A stretch of 64,000 nt of DNA from a virus (taxonomy: Duplodnaviria; Caudoviricetes): the IMG/VR virus record IMGVR_UViG_3300032335_001269, positions 37,526-101,525 of that record; one strand, given 5' to 3'. Below, one piece after another: positions 1-10,635 of the stretch (position 1 is its first letter; every line of letters begins with the position of its first letter). Position numbers and translations under genes: made by a program. A model generated the notes under the pieces. It was not told where the DNA came from. It worked only from the letters and a program-made list of their open reading frames with translations, and did no database searches.

Positions 1-3000
1 GTATTCAAATCCCTCATTTACGATTCTACTTTGCGTAATCTTACCAATAGTTTCAGATGATGGAATAATAAATGCACCTTTACCATTTGTAGAATTGGAT
101 CCTGTAAAACGAGGAAGTGATTTGTAACCATATCCACCAGAAATAAGATTTACCTTATTAATTCCTCCAGTTGCTGTAGTGGAACTAGTGGTATATTCTA
201 ATACATCACAATCATTTTTCTGATAAGAAAGTTTTTCTGGAATATTCTTTAAAGAAACCGTAAAAGTAGTAGTTGCTATTCCAATTACATCATATCTCCC
301 TTTATATTCACTATCTACAAATATTATTTCAGAATAATTGACAACATCAGAATCTGCAGTACCAATATAACCAGATTTCTCTAGATTATAATAGAGTTTT
401 TCTGGTACAGAATCAGTGTAGTCTAGAGTTAATGAAGCATTGGTAGACACACCAACAGTACCAACTCCAGAAATAGAAAGGGATGTGGTAGTTGCAACAG
501 AAACAAATTCTTTACTAAAATCTTTATCATAGTAAATTTTTAAGTTATAACCAGATAGTGAAGAATCTGATAAATTGAACGCAAGATTATTATTTTTAAT
601 TACTTCAATTTGAGGATTAATGAGTGAAATAACTTGATTTGATCCTCCAGTGAATCCAACTGAAACGGAATTTATTGGATACTCCGTTACATCTTTATAT
701 GTTTGACCTAGTTTAAATTTACTATCATCAACTTTATGAACAAAATATTCTCCATCATCCAATGGAATGAATTGACTTGTATTACTTAAATATAAAATTT
801 TATCTCCACTTTTCAATCCATGATTTGTAATTTGGAAATAACCTTCAAGTGACCCCGAACCATAATATCCACCCAATCCAAGTCCTGGAGTAGTGGCAAA
901 TCTATAAATCATCAGTCCATCACCCAACGGTGCCACACTTCCACCACCATCTATATCATAGCAAGAACTAAATGGTGATATACCAATTGTGCTACCAATT
1001 CCTACACCACCAGTTACAGAACTAATATAAGATCTAATTGAAGTTGCGGTTGTTCTTGTTGCACCTTCTGGGAAAGTAATGCCTGTTGTTAAGGCAGCAC
1101 CAGGAAAAGAACCAAACATCTCTCTTATAATAATAAAACCATCAACAGAACTAACTATACCATCACCATCTACATCAAATTTATCATAATTATCCCACAC
1201 ATAATCATAAATTTGCTGAGCATTTCTTGTTGCTGAGGGTGTTATTACTTTATCAATCCATGCTATTCCGACTTGATAGTCTATTGTTGGTTGTCTAGTT
1301 GCAGAATCATAATAAATTGAAGTTGGAAACACACTTTCTGATCCAAATCCAATTGGATTGATCATTAATTTTCCATATTTTGTATTATATAATACTTTTA
1401 TAGAAGATGAGGTTCCTATTCCTACAGATAAATCTGGATTCACATTTAATGATACTTTATCGCCAATTGATAGATTGTGGGATGTTGAAACAGAAACTAC
1501 TGTGTTTATTTTGTTAATATCTGCAGTGACTTGAGTAAAGTTTGATTCAATTGAGTACCTATAATCATCATTTGCAGAAGACCAACTGGTATTTCTAAAG
1601 AATAATCCATTAGTATTTGTCGTTAATCCAACATTAGTTACTATACCAATATAATCTTTAGACTTATTAATTGCATATAATGTTTCAGAGTTACCACTTA
1701 AAATATTGAACGAAGCACTCGTAGAAGTATTTGAAACTGTAATAGGATCTCCACCAGTTGGTTTTCTGAAGATTACTTGCTGACCAGTAACAAATGGGTG
1801 ATTTGGTACAAAAATACTTTGAGTTGGAATGAAAGTATTATATGTTGTTATTCCAATGTTATAGTTTACATTTATACCTACTCCAACCGTTGTACCAATT
1901 CCTACCGATTTTGTGGGGTTATAATATACTTTATCATTTACTTTTGACTCAAAGTAATCTGTAGAATTATTTACAGTAAATGAATCTGGGAGAAAGTAAA
2001 CTGGAGTTGTTTGAGTATGTATTCCACCACTTGCATTTCTACTTACTCTAACCACACCAAAATTATTGTAGATATTAAGAACTGAGAAAATTTCATTATC
2101 AATTTTAAAACTACTTCCAACTGCAACATTTTGTGGTATTGATGTTAAATAAACATCAGTTACTATTCCTGTAGAAGCATACGCAGGAATTTGCTTATCT
2201 AATATTGTGGAATATGTTGTTAATCCAATTTGATATGATCCATTGATATTTAAAACTTGATTAGATAATCCAGAGATATTGATATTGTCTCTATTTAAAA
2301 ATTCATGGTATGGTGCAATATAAACTCTAACAGTATTTCCATTAACCCAAGTAATAAGAGAATCATTATATGATTGAATAGTAGTATTAATATCATTTAT
2401 TTGTTTACCTTTTATTTCTGATACTTTTGCAAATATTCCACTACCTTCAGTATCACTTTCGTCAAATATTATTTGATCATTTACTTTATAGTCAGATCCA
2501 GAATTTACAACTTCTAAAGTAGAGACACTACCAGAAGATACTGATTCTACTAATGTCTTTTGCTGTATTATCTCATTTGATTCTGTAATGAAATCATTAT
2601 CAGCATACTCATCATTTACTTTATATGGTAAAGTATTTCTAAGTAATTTAGAATTATTGAAATCAAATGACTGATCTAACTCAATGTTTTCTTCCAAATA
2701 TGGAGACCTATATTCATTTCCAATAAAATATGGGAATTTTCCTACAAGTTGCCCATCAATATTAGTTTCTGTGGTGGCAAAGTATGCATATACTCCATCA
2801 GGAAAATCTTTAGTTTTTCCAAATCTACCATTATATTGATCTAAATTTCCACTGCCAGTATATTCATAATCCTCAACAAAATATCCATATGGGAACTGAG
2901 TAGTTGATGGTCTATTGTCCAAATCAACTAAAGAATATCCTGGTTGTAATTTTTTTATAGAAGAATTAGTATCATTGGGATCTTCATATCCAAAAGATCC

Positions 3001-6000
3001 ATAAATCGGATTTCCATCATAAGCCCACCCAATAATATCCGAATGTTGTCCAGATAAATCTCCATTATCATTGAAATTCGTTTTTGTGTTTTGAGAATAA
3101 CCAATGACTGCATATTGCAATCCCTCACCGTAAGTTTCAATTAATACTTCACTTGATGGATTTCTATAAAATTCGTTTTGAACTCCATATTTGTAAGAAT
3201 TATTGAGTGTAAGACTTCTAATATTTACTTTCAATACTTCATTTTTACCTACAGGCACAACTTTAATTATAGTGTCTGTTGATGTATATCCTGTTCCGGG
3301 ATTAACAACTACTACATCGGTTATTTTATTATCTAAAATGACAGGTTTAACAATAGCACCTATTCCACTTCCACTAACAACCAAATCTGGAGTTGAATAG
3401 TATTCTACTCCACCATATAATACTTGCACATCAGTTATTCTTCCATTTGTAATCGTTGGTCTGAGTTGAGCATTTTTTCCATTCTTAATAATGACTTGAG
3501 GTCTTTTATGAACGTTTAATGTCGTTGTACCATAATTAGATCCTTTATCATAAACATAAACTTCTGAAATTTTTCCTCTAATAATAGGAGTTGCATTAAT
3601 AATTCCTCTAACTTGTGTACTTCCAAGACCAACTGACGAATATTCTACAGATAGAGAAATATTTGGATATTTGAATATTTGATATCCACTTCCCGTTGAA
3701 TTAAACTTTACGTAGTTTTTTCTTTGATAATTTGAAGTATCCTTACCACCTATTCCAGCACTGCAAAGTCTGAACGTATCTGAATCTAATTTTAAAATTA
3801 CATAGTTATTGGATGTTGATAATCCAGTAATTGGTGCAGTTTGATAGTCATATGAAATAATTTCTCCGTCACTAAATCCGTGATTTTTAAAAGTAATTGT
3901 ATTGTTGTAAGTAGATACTCCTACTTGAGATACTCTTAAAAGTCTATTTGCATATCCGGACCCATTGCTAATTACTGAAATTCCTGTGAGTTTATTTTTT
4001 GGTTCGGTTTTAAACTTTTGAATGCCAGAATTACCTGTAGTAGTAAATCCTACAGTATTAATACCAATAGTATAGTCGGAAAGTGATTGGTATAATTCAA
4101 TTGTTCTATCGTTTACAACTTTGGTGTAATAAGTTGCACCACTTACCAAAGTTTTTGATTGATCTAAATTAGATCCGTTAAAAGTACCAACTCCAATAGC
4201 AGAATTAAAATTTCTATCATATACAATAGGTTGACCATTAACTAAACTATGCGTTGATGCAAATGAAATTCTATCGTTATTAACATCCAATCCACCACCA
4301 TTGGAAATTGACCTTGCATCAAATTCTAATTCTCGCACATATTTTTCAATAATTGGCTCAAAACTCGCCCCAGATCCATTTCCTCCAGTAAGAGAGATTG
4401 AAACAATAACATCGATATCAAAATCTTGGGGGTCAACAAATATTTTTTTGACAGATCCAATTATTACTGGTTGTATTAGAGCAGATCCATAAGATAACTC
4501 TAAAAGTGGAGGATTAATTACATCAAATTCACTACCACCGTTTAAAACATCAACATTTTCGATTGGTCCATAATAGATTTTATCATTTGTTTTGAAGTTG
4601 TATATTTCAACTCCATTTTTTAGCATTCCAATTGCACCAGGAAGAGTCTGATGTCTCCCATTGCTTCCTAGATCTGGATTTAATTTAAATTTTTTAAGTA
4701 TTTTTTGTCCTGAAATTTTATTTGATCTTTGGGAATATAATGTAAAGTTATGAGTTCCGGTTGGTGTTGATGATTGACCTGCACCGAAATAAACAAAATC
4801 TTCGCTTCCAACAACAGGACCACTCAAATATAACTTAACTTGTCTTTTGTTACTTAATACTTCAACGAAATAATTACCTTCCTCCAATCCATTAATAGGA
4901 TTGCTATCGCTAGTTGAGTAAAAAACTCTATCTCCAGTTATAAAAGAAATTTCAGTATTAAAATCAATTATTGAATATGATTCATTGCTACTGTCATATC
5001 CGGATAATTCAAAAACATCATATCCAAAAACATCAACCCGAATTTCATATGATGGCAATGAATTAGATGCAACATAAAAATAATCTGGTCTTTCGATATA
5101 AACATTCTGCACATCAGATATCAATTTATTATTTCCAAAATCAATTGGAATTATTGAAGATGTTGCTTTATTAATAATTCTTCTAACATCATATTCATCT
5201 GACGAATTTAATAAAGAAGTATTTACATTAATTGAAATTACATTTCCTGAAATTGAGTTGATATTTACATTTTCAAATCCAGTAACTACAATTTCCGTAT
5301 TTCTTTTTAAAATTTCAACGATATCGCCAGTCTTCAGGCTTGATGAATCTATACTAGACTTTGTTATTATTGTATTTCCAACAAAAGAATCAATTTGATA
5401 TCGTGAACTTGTATTATAAATCCAAGAATTTGCAAATATTTCTTTTGTCGTGTCTCCCTGCTCGATTACTTCTCCAAGATTTTTTGGGTAAATGATATCA
5501 TTACTTAATAATTCATAGTTTTCAGTTTCAATATCAAGGTCAGATAATACGCCAGTAATTCTAAATTCTACTTTTTTTGTAGTATCTCCATCTTCATATC
5601 CATAATATGTGTCATTTGAAATTAAAAATGATTTTTTAGGTATTGCTATTGAATTTGTAGATTTAACATAACAACCTAAAAATTGATTAACACTTTTGTC
5701 AGAATAAAAAATTTCTTGGGAACCATAAAAAATACTTCCCGAATTTAAAAATCCAATAGTAGAGTCAACACTAATAACGGTTTCACCATCTTCTAATGGA
5801 GTTACGGTTACTTCTTCAATAACTTTGGTATTTGGTGTAATGGTAAATGTCCCAGTAACATTGGGATAAGTATCATCATATCCAACAAAAAAATTAAGTT
5901 TATAGTAAGTTATACCATTTCTAGTAATAGTTTCTACTTCGGATACTGCAGCACTAGTGAATTCATCTGTTGTTTTTTTAATTGTCTGACCAACTAGTTT

Positions 6001-6765
6001 TGTTGGATTGCCGGAAATATTACTTATAATCGCAACATCTCTTCTAATATAACCAGCATCTGATGGTTTAATTAAAAATTTCTCAAGATTAATTACACTT
6101 GGTGTTTCCCCATACAATACATTAAAAAGTATTCTAAAAGATTCAGGAGTTCCTTTAGACTCATATAAAGTTCTTGCTTCTTTTATGAAATTTCCTGCAT
6201 CAAGATTTTCAGTAAAATCTAAACCTTCTAGTCCAGGTGTTAAACTAAACTTTATTTTCTTATAAAATTCTTGTAAAAAGAGAGAACTTAAATTTTGTAC
6301 TGAAGATCCTGATTCGTGAGAAGTAGCAGAAGATTGACTAAAAACTAATTCTCCATATTGCAAATCTTTATGATAATTAGTAACACCACTAAATCCTCTT
6401 ATACACCCAGTGAAAGTATTTCCGGATATAGCAGTATATGTAATAATCTCATTATCAATTTTGAAGAGACCATACTTTGCAGGAAAACCTCTAGTACTTG
6501 ATACTGAAATTATGGTAGAAGTTGTTGTAATATCGTCTTCAAGAGTTGTATAACCAATAACTACTTCTGGAGTAAGATTATCAAGTTCAATATATTGATC
6601 TAAATTTTCAGCGATATCTACAGGACCACCCTGATACTCTTGGGAGATATAGTATTGCTTTAAAAATTCAGCAGCCTTTGGACTTTCATCTAAAATAAAT
6701 TCTGGAAGCTGACTATCGATTATTTGTTGTACTTTTACTCTAGATTCAAAACCCGTTTGTATCAT
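1..6765 (-). CDS. gp7: Baseplate wedge protein gp7-like (cyanophage type), 3' end outside window
   Basis: ATG at 6765 reads MIQTGFESRVKVQQIIDSQLPEFILDESPKAAEFLKQYYISQEYQGGPVDIAENLDQY, the typical cyanophage gp7 N-terminus. It follows gp6 directly. Spot-checked segments are in frame, including a GWAYDGNPIYG...GRFGKT...PDGVYAYF YHYH-like segment. Missing from the ORF track, consistent with no stop in the window. Confidence 0.85.
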   Translation of the reverse strand, partial: MIQTGFESRVKVQQIIDSQLPEFILDESPKAAEFLKQYYISQEYQGGPVDIAENLDQYIELDNLTPEVVIGYTTLEDDITTTSTIISVSSTRGFPAKYGLFKIDNEIITYTAISGNTFTGCIRGFSGVTNYHKDLQYGELVFSQSSATSHESGSSVQNLSSLFLQEFYKKIKFSLTPGLEGLDFTENLDAGNFIKEARTLYESKGTPESFRILFNVLYGETPSVINLEKFLIKPSDAGYIRRDVAIISNISGNPTKLVGQTIKKTTDEFTSAAVSEVETITRNGITYYKLNFFVGYDDTYPNVTGTFTITPNTKVIEEVTVTPLEDGETVISVDSTIGFLNSGSIFYGSQEIFYSDKSVNQFLGCYVKSTNSIAIPKKSFLISNDTYYGYEDGDTTKKVEFRITGVLSDLDIETENYELLSNDIIYPKNLGEVIEQGDTTKEIFANSWIYNTSSRYQIDSFVGNTIITKSSIDSSSLKTGDIVEILKRNTEIVVTGFENVNINSISGNVISINVNTSLLNSSDEYDVRRIINKATSSIIPIDFGNNKLISDVQNVYIERPDYFYVASNSLPSYEIRVDVFGYDVFELSGYDSSNESYSIIDFNTEISFITGDRVFYSTSDSNPINGLEEGNYFVEVLSNKRQVKLYLSGPVVGSEDFVYFGAGQSSTPTGTHNFTLYSQRSNKISGQKILKKFKLNPDLGSNGRHQTLPGAIGMLKNGVEIYNFKTNDKIYYGPIENVDVLNGGSEFDVINPPLLELSYGSALIQPVIIGSVKKIFVDPQDFDIDVIVSISLTGGNGSGASFEPIIEKYVRELEFDARSISNGGGLDVNNDRISFASTHSLVNGQPIVYDRNFNSAIGVGTFNGSNLDQSKTLVSGATYYTKVVNDRTIELYQSLSDYTIGINTVGFTTTGNSGIQKFKTEPKNKLTGISVISNGSGYANRLLRVSQVGVSTYNNTITFKNHGFSDGEIISYDYQTAPITGLSTSNNYVILKLDSDTFRLCSAGIGGKDTSNYQRKNYVKFNSTGSGYQIFKYPNISLSVEYSSVGLGSTQVRGIINATPIIRGKISEVYVYDKGSNYGTTTLNVHKRPQVIIKNGKNAQLRPTITNGRITDVQVLYGGVEYYSTPDLVVSGSGIGAIVKPVILDNKITDVVVVNPGTGYTSTDTIIKVVPVGKNEVLKVNIRSLTLNNSYKYGVQNEFYRNPSSEVLIETYGEGLQYAVIGYSQNTKTNFNDNGDLSGQHSDIIGWAYDGNPIYGSFGYEDPNDTNSSIKKLQPGYSLVDLDNRPSTTQFPYGYFVEDYEYTGSGNLDQYNGRFGKTKDFPDGVYAYFATTETNIDGQLVGKFPYFIGNEYRSPYLEENIELDQSFDFNNSKLLRNTLPYKVNDEYADNDFITESNEIIQQKTLVESVSSGSVSTLEVVNSGSDYKVNDQIIFDESDTEGSGIFAKVSEIKGKQINDINTTIQSYNDSLITWVNGNTVRVYIAPYHEFLNRDNINISGLSNQVLNINGSYQIGLTTYSTILDKQIPAYASTGIVTDVYLTSIPQNVAVGSSFKIDNEIFSVLNIYNNFGVVRVSRNASGGIHTQTTPVYFLPDSFTVNNSTDYFESKVNDKVYYNPTKSVGIGTTVGVGINVNYNIGITTYNTFIPTQSIFVPNHPFVTGQQVIFRKPTGGDPITVSNTSTSASFNILSGNSETLYAINKSKDYIGIVTNVGLTTNTNGLFFRNTSWSSANDDYRYSIESNFTQVTADINKINTVVSVSTSHNLSIGDKVSLNVNPDLSVGIGTSSSIKVLYNTKYGKLMINPIGFGSESVFPTSIYYDSATRQPTIDYQVGIAWIDKVITPSATRNAQQIYDYVWDNYDKFDVDGDGIVSSVDGFIIIREMFGSFPGAALTTGITFPEGATRTTATSIRSYISSVTGGVGIGSTIGISPFSSCYDIDGGGSVAPLGDGLMIYRFATTPGLGLGGYYGSGSLEGYFQITNHGLKSGDKILYLSNTSQFIPLDDGEYFVHKVDDSKFKLGQTYKDVTEYPINSVSVGFTGGSNQVISLINPQIEVIKNNNLAFNLSDSSLSGYNLKIYYDKDFSKEFVSVATTTSLSISGVGTVGVSTNASLTLDYTDSVPEKLYYNLEKSGYIGTADSDVVNYSEIIFVDSEYKGRYDVIGIATTTFTVSLKNIPEKLSYQKNDCDVLEYTTSSTTATGGINKVNLISGGYGYKSLPRFTGSNSTNGKGAFIIPSSETIGKITQSRIVNEGFEY

Positions 6766-6766
6766 A

Positions 6767-8716
6767 TTACGACCTCATTAATTTCCCGTTTGAGTAACTT
6801 GAGCGATACGAATTTTTTGTGAAGACAACTCCGGAAATATCTTCTCCAGATGCAATTGTATCTTTTACCATATTTATTTGACTTTTCGAAACATCAAAAG
6901 ACACATAAAGATCTTTAAGACCGATGACATCATTTGATTCTGGATATGCTTGTATTTCTATTAAATCATTCCCCAATTGTGTAGATGTAATTGTAATTGT
7001 ATTCAGAGTTATCTCTCCATTTGCATAATTTACGACTCCAGCGGATTGTACAACTACAAACGGAGATAGTGATGCAGTAGATGCTCCTGTTGAAGTTTCA
7101 ATAGGTTTTACAATTGAAATAACTCCTGTCACACCATCAGCGTTTGGAGTATCTGTCAAATAAACTATATCTGGTTCGTCTTTAATATTGAATCCGGTTG
7201 ACTTGATATTATACTCTGACGAATTTACGTGGAATTGATTACCAAAACATATTTCATATTGAGCTGGGGAATTTATGAGTGCTTTTAAGTCTCTCCTAAT
7301 TCTAACCCTAGTAATGTTTGATGTAATTGCAGTGTCGGTATTATCAATAACTTGAAGAAGTTTACTATATTTAAATCTGCCGCCAAATTTGTTTAAATCT
7401 ACAGACTGAGAGTATTTGTTAAGTGAGTTAGTTACTCTTGTTTTTAAATCGGAAACGCTTCCAACTTGATTATAATTATAGTAAATATAAGATTCAACTT
7501 CAACATATAGTATCTTAAGATCTACTATTTTAGGACGCACTCCAGAAACACTATATTGAGTTAATTTAGATAGTATCTGCTCTTTATCAAAATCAGAAAC
7601 AAATGTTCCATTTTTTGGTTTAATACTAATTGAGACAGTTCCATATTCTGGAGGACTTAATTCTTCACCACCAACAACAGAAACAGACTCTGCGTTTCCA
7701 TAAATTTTTGATTTAATAATTGTTTCATAATCACTTGCAGTTACTGCTCTATACTGGGAAGAATATAGACGAGGTGCAAAGTAACGAATTGAATCTATTG
7801 TTTCTATATCAGACCCATTTTGAGCACTTTGATTTGTAGTTACACTAATTGTATTTGTTGCAATAACATTTCTATCATCCGCATCTTTAAAAGAACCGGC
7901 AAAACTAAATGTGTCGGCACCATTTCCATCTTTACCACTTGTTATAATATAATTTGCAGTAATAACTGAAGAATTTTCAAGTTTTTTACCAAATATCCCA
8001 TCACCAAAAAGAAGTTGATATTTTTCATCTTGAACTTCTTGAACTAAAAAGATTTCAGAACTTGAATCAACATTAAAGATATTATCAACTAAAGAATATA
8101 AAGAACCAAGACCACTGTCACTAACACCCTTAATATAAACTCTGATAGTAGAAGTATCAATAAAAGGATTATCAAGAACAAACTTTTGATCTAGTGATGC
8201 ATCAACCGTAAACTTTTTAGTTAAGAAAGTTCCTTCTCTGATTGTAATATTGCTAAATGTTGCAATCCCGTTTACAACAGGAACTGTAACACTTTGGGGA
8301 ATTGAAAATACGTAAGAAGACCCTCTTACAGAACCAGTGCATACGAGACCTGCTTGTAAAGTAATTGCAGATGTATATACTGGGGTGCCGTCTTGTAATA
8401 TTTGATCTGGGTCTACGGTTATGTTAAATGAAACTATTGCACTTGCCGCATTTCTGGAGTATGGGACATATCCAATATTTCTAGCAAGTGAGACAACATT
8501 TTCTCTTACAGTTGCAGAATCCAAAAAGGATTCATTAACAACCATATTTGAGTTGAATGCAGTAATATATGTGTTATATGCTAACGTGTCGATTAAAACA
8601 GAAAAATTCGATCCTTCAAAATCAAAGTCCGTAAATGTAGAGTTAGCACGGAGATAATCTTTGATTGAAGTTTTTATCTGATCGAAATCTAGATTTGTAA
8701 ATTGAGTAAAAGGCAT
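6767..8716 (-). CDS. gp6: Baseplate wedge subunit gp6
   Basis: LDFDQIK...FTDFDFEGSNFSVLIDTLAYNTY, ESFLDSAT.RENVVSLARNIGY, FGDGIFGKK and RAVTASDY motifs; gp25-gp6-gp7 synteny. Confidence 0.95.
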   Translation of the reverse strand: MPFTQFTNLDFDQIKTSIKDYLRANSTFTDFDFEGSNFSVLIDTLAYNTYITAFNSNMVVNESFLDSATVRENVVSLARNIGYVPYSRNAASAIVSFNITVDPDQILQDGTPVYTSAITLQAGLVCTGSVRGSSYVFSIPQSVTVPVVNGIATFSNITIREGTFLTKKFTVDASLDQKFVLDNPFIDTSTIRVYIKGVSDSGLGSLYSLVDNIFNVDSSSEIFLVQEVQDEKYQLLFGDGIFGKKLENSSVITANYIITSGKDGNGADTFSFAGSFKDADDRNVIATNTISVTTNQSAQNGSDIETIDSIRYFAPRLYSSQYRAVTASDYETIIKSKIYGNAESVSVVGGEELSPPEYGTVSISIKPKNGTFVSDFDKEQILSKLTQYSVSGVRPKIVDLKILYVEVESYIYYNYNQVGSVSDLKTRVTNSLNKYSQSVDLNKFGGRFKYSKLLQVIDNTDTAITSNITRVRIRRDLKALINSPAQYEICFGNQFHVNSSEYNIKSTGFNIKDEPDIVYLTDTPNADGVTGVISIVKPIETSTGASTASLSPFVVVQSAGVVNYANGEITLNTITITSTQLGNDLIEIQAYPESNDVIGLKDLYVSFDVSKSQINMVKDTIASGEDISGVVFTKNSYRSSYSNGKLMRS

Positions 8717-8717
8717 T

Positions 8718-9119
8718 TTATCTTGTTGCCTCTAATATGAATGAAAATTGTTGTGTTGGTACTTCTTGCCCAATAATATCAAAAATTACAGTCACTTCAA
8801 ATTCATTTGTGTCTGGACTTGGATTGACTTCAACGTCCACATTATCAACTCTAGGTTCATAGTTGGAAATTGTATTTATAATTTGCTCCCTGATTACAGA
8901 TGCAGTTGCAAAATCAACAAACTCAAATAAACTAGAGCGGACATCAGATCCCAAACTTGGATTAAAAAATCTTTCATTTGGGATTGTTTCTACAAGATTG
9001 CGAATTGAGCGTATAATTGCATTTTGATTTTTCAAAATTGGCAGATCTTTTGTCACAGGATGTGCTTCAAAAGACAGGCTAATATCTTTAAATGATCTAG
9101 ATATTCGTGTGACTGCCAT
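8718..9119 (-). CDS. gp25: Baseplate wedge subunit gp25
   Basis: FKDISLSF, ERFFNPSLGS and YEPRV motifs; adjacent to gp6. Confidence 0.93.
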   Translation of the reverse strand: MAVTRISRSFKDISLSFEAHPVTKDLPILKNQNAIIRSIRNLVETIPNERFFNPSLGSDVRSSLFEFVDFATASVIREQIINTISNYEPRVDNVDVEVNPSPDTNEFEVTVIFDIIGQEVPTQQFSFILEATR

Positions 9120-9140
9120 TGGATATGAAATTTCTTGGAT

Positions 9141-9148
9141 TATTTATG
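9141..9148 (-). promoter_or_regulatory. T4-type late promoter (CATAAATA) for gp25-gp6-gp7
   Basis: NATAAATA about 20 nt upstream of the gp25 ATG. Confidence 0.6.
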
Positions 9149-9149
9149 T

Positions 9150-9392
9150 TTATTTCCAGAGAGATCCATATCCAGGCTCAGTCCCATATTCCCAATCATC
9201 ATAATCTTCATCATTACGAATTTTTTCATGAAGTTCTTGTTGTTTCTTTAAATCATGTTTTGGTGCCAAATCATGCATAACCTCTTGAATGACTCTTTTT
9301 GATGGTACATTTTCATAATCTGTAATCAGGTGAGTAGTTCCCCACATTTCTCTCATATAATTCGAATCTCTATCTACTGGTAAGTTTGACAT
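9150..9392 (-). CDS. Conserved cyanophage hypothetical protein
   Basis: 80-aa ORF with AGGAG SD; resembles the small ORF commonly found upstream of gp25 in cyanomyophages. Confidence 0.75.
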   Translation of the reverse strand: MSNLPVDRDSNYMREMWGTTHLITDYENVPSKRVIQEVMHDLAPKHDLKKQQELHEKIRNDEDYDDWEYGTEPGYGSLWK

Positions 9393-9459
9393 TTTGCTCC
9401 TGTTTTAAATGAATAAAACAGAACTTTTATGAAGGAGGTTGCTATCTCCTTATTTCTAT

Positions 9460-9801
9460 TTAACGATCCACTTCTCTCAATGAATAATTATCCGAATCTA
9501 GGTATTTAAGCATTTCTAAAGCAACTAATTTGGGATTTCCTTCACCGCAAGTATAAACATCAATTGCAATACACCCCTCTTCTGGCCAAGTATGGCAAGA
9601 TACATGACTTTCCGCAAGGGCAATAACTATTGTGCAACCTTGAGGTAAAAAACAATGTGAAAATATATTCAGAATTGTCATTTTGGCACGTTCGATGCCC
9701 CTGATCATGACGTTCTGTAGAGATTCTACATCATTGATTAGGTGAAAATCGACATTATACACCTCTAAGAGTAGGTGTTTGCCCATCGAAAACTGTTTCA
9801 A
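9460..9801 (-). CDS. speD: S-adenosylmethionine decarboxylase proenzyme family (start probably at MGKHLL, 9786)
   Basis: GKHLLLE, F.PQG.T, LAESHVSCHTWPE (pyruvoyl self-cleavage ES motif), IDVYTCG. Confidence 0.92.
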   Translation of the reverse strand: MKQFSMGKHLLLEVYNVDFHLINDVESLQNVMIRGIERAKMTILNIFSHCFLPQGCTIVIALAESHVSCHTWPEEGCIAIDVYTCGEGNPKLVALEMLKYLDSDNYSLREVDR

Positions 9802-9834
9802 TTGAGTTTTGGGGAATAAAGGTATATTTATTAT

Positions 9835-10326
9835 CTATTTCCAGTGATTATTTGGTCTTTCCCACCAAAAATGAAGATCTTCCTTTGTATCATCATAGTA
9901 TAAAGAAACAAAATCACTTTTAAATTTACTATGAATGTTCTCACATAGGGCAACAGTGTAGTATTTTTGAGTGATTAGGTCAGTAATCCAGGTGTAATTT
10001 CCCCCACGTATAACCCCTGCTTCAATTAAGACAAATTTTTTCCATTTTTTTGACCATTTTGAATAATTTGCAATAAAATCCTTCTGATATTCCTTTACAT
10101 TTTCATCAGGAAACGGAACATTGACTGCTTCAATATGATATATTTCACGATTAATGCTTAAAGAATGTGAAAGATGTTGTGTTACTACTGCAGAATAGTC
10201 TGGAGAGACCATTAAAAAACAAGTATCAGAAGGATTGATATCAATCCCCGATACTTGAATTCTATAAGTCATTTCTTGAATTAGTGCTTTTTCTTTATCT
10301 TCCGAAATAAAAAGCAAAGACTTCAT
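9835..10326 (-). CDS. Phosphoribosyltransferase-like protein
   Basis: FVLIEAGVIRGGNY resembles a degenerate PRPP-binding loop; C-terminal FWWE. Confidence 0.45.
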   Translation of the reverse strand: MKSLLFISEDKEKALIQEMTYRIQVSGIDINPSDTCFLMVSPDYSAVVTQHLSHSLSINREIYHIEAVNVPFPDENVKEYQKDFIANYSKWSKKWKKFVLIEAGVIRGGNYTWITDLITQKYYTVALCENIHSKFKSDFVSLYYDDTKEDLHFWWERPNNHWK

Positions 10327-10469
10327 CTTTTCCCCTGACCCCTATACTTTTTACGAGCGGAATTACGAGAAGACGCTGAGTATTTAGTATTAGAACCACA
10401 TCCTTGCCGAGTATTCTTTGGATGAGACTCAACTTCTTTGCCACCACTCAAAGATTTTTTAATTGCCAT
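10323..10469 (-). CDS. Small basic protein (48 aa, ends KKYRGQGKR)
   Basis: Translated by hand: MAIKKSLSGGKEVESHPKNTRQGCGSNTKYSASSRNSARKKYRGQGKR; ATGA overlap with the next gene. Confidence 0.7.
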   Translation of the reverse strand: MAIKKSLSGGKEVESHPKNTRQGCGSNTKYSASSRNSARKKYRGQGKR

Positions 10470-10472
10470 AAG

Positions 10473-10634
10473 TTATTCTCCAATAATTTCTGTTTCAAGT
10501 TCTTCAGGGCGTGGAGAACCTGTCTGATAGAATTCGATTGACAGATCCTCCATAATATTGAAATATTCTTCTTCAGAAAGATTTGAATAAATTTTTCTTC
10601 CTTTACAAAGAATATTGTAAGATTCGTTAGTCAT
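10473..10634 (-). CDS. Small hypothetical protein (MTNESYNILCKG...)
   Basis: Likely real start within ORF 10473..10787; abuts the upstream gene's stop. Confidence 0.65.
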   Translation of the reverse strand: MTNESYNILCKGRKIYSNLSEEEYFNIMEDLSIEFYQTGSPRPEELETEIIGE

Positions 10635-10635
10635 C

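Noticed and set aside
1-6765. Apparent ORF desert in the supplied track
   Set aside because: It is one long minus-strand gp7 reading frame running off the window; the short listed ORFs are shadows.
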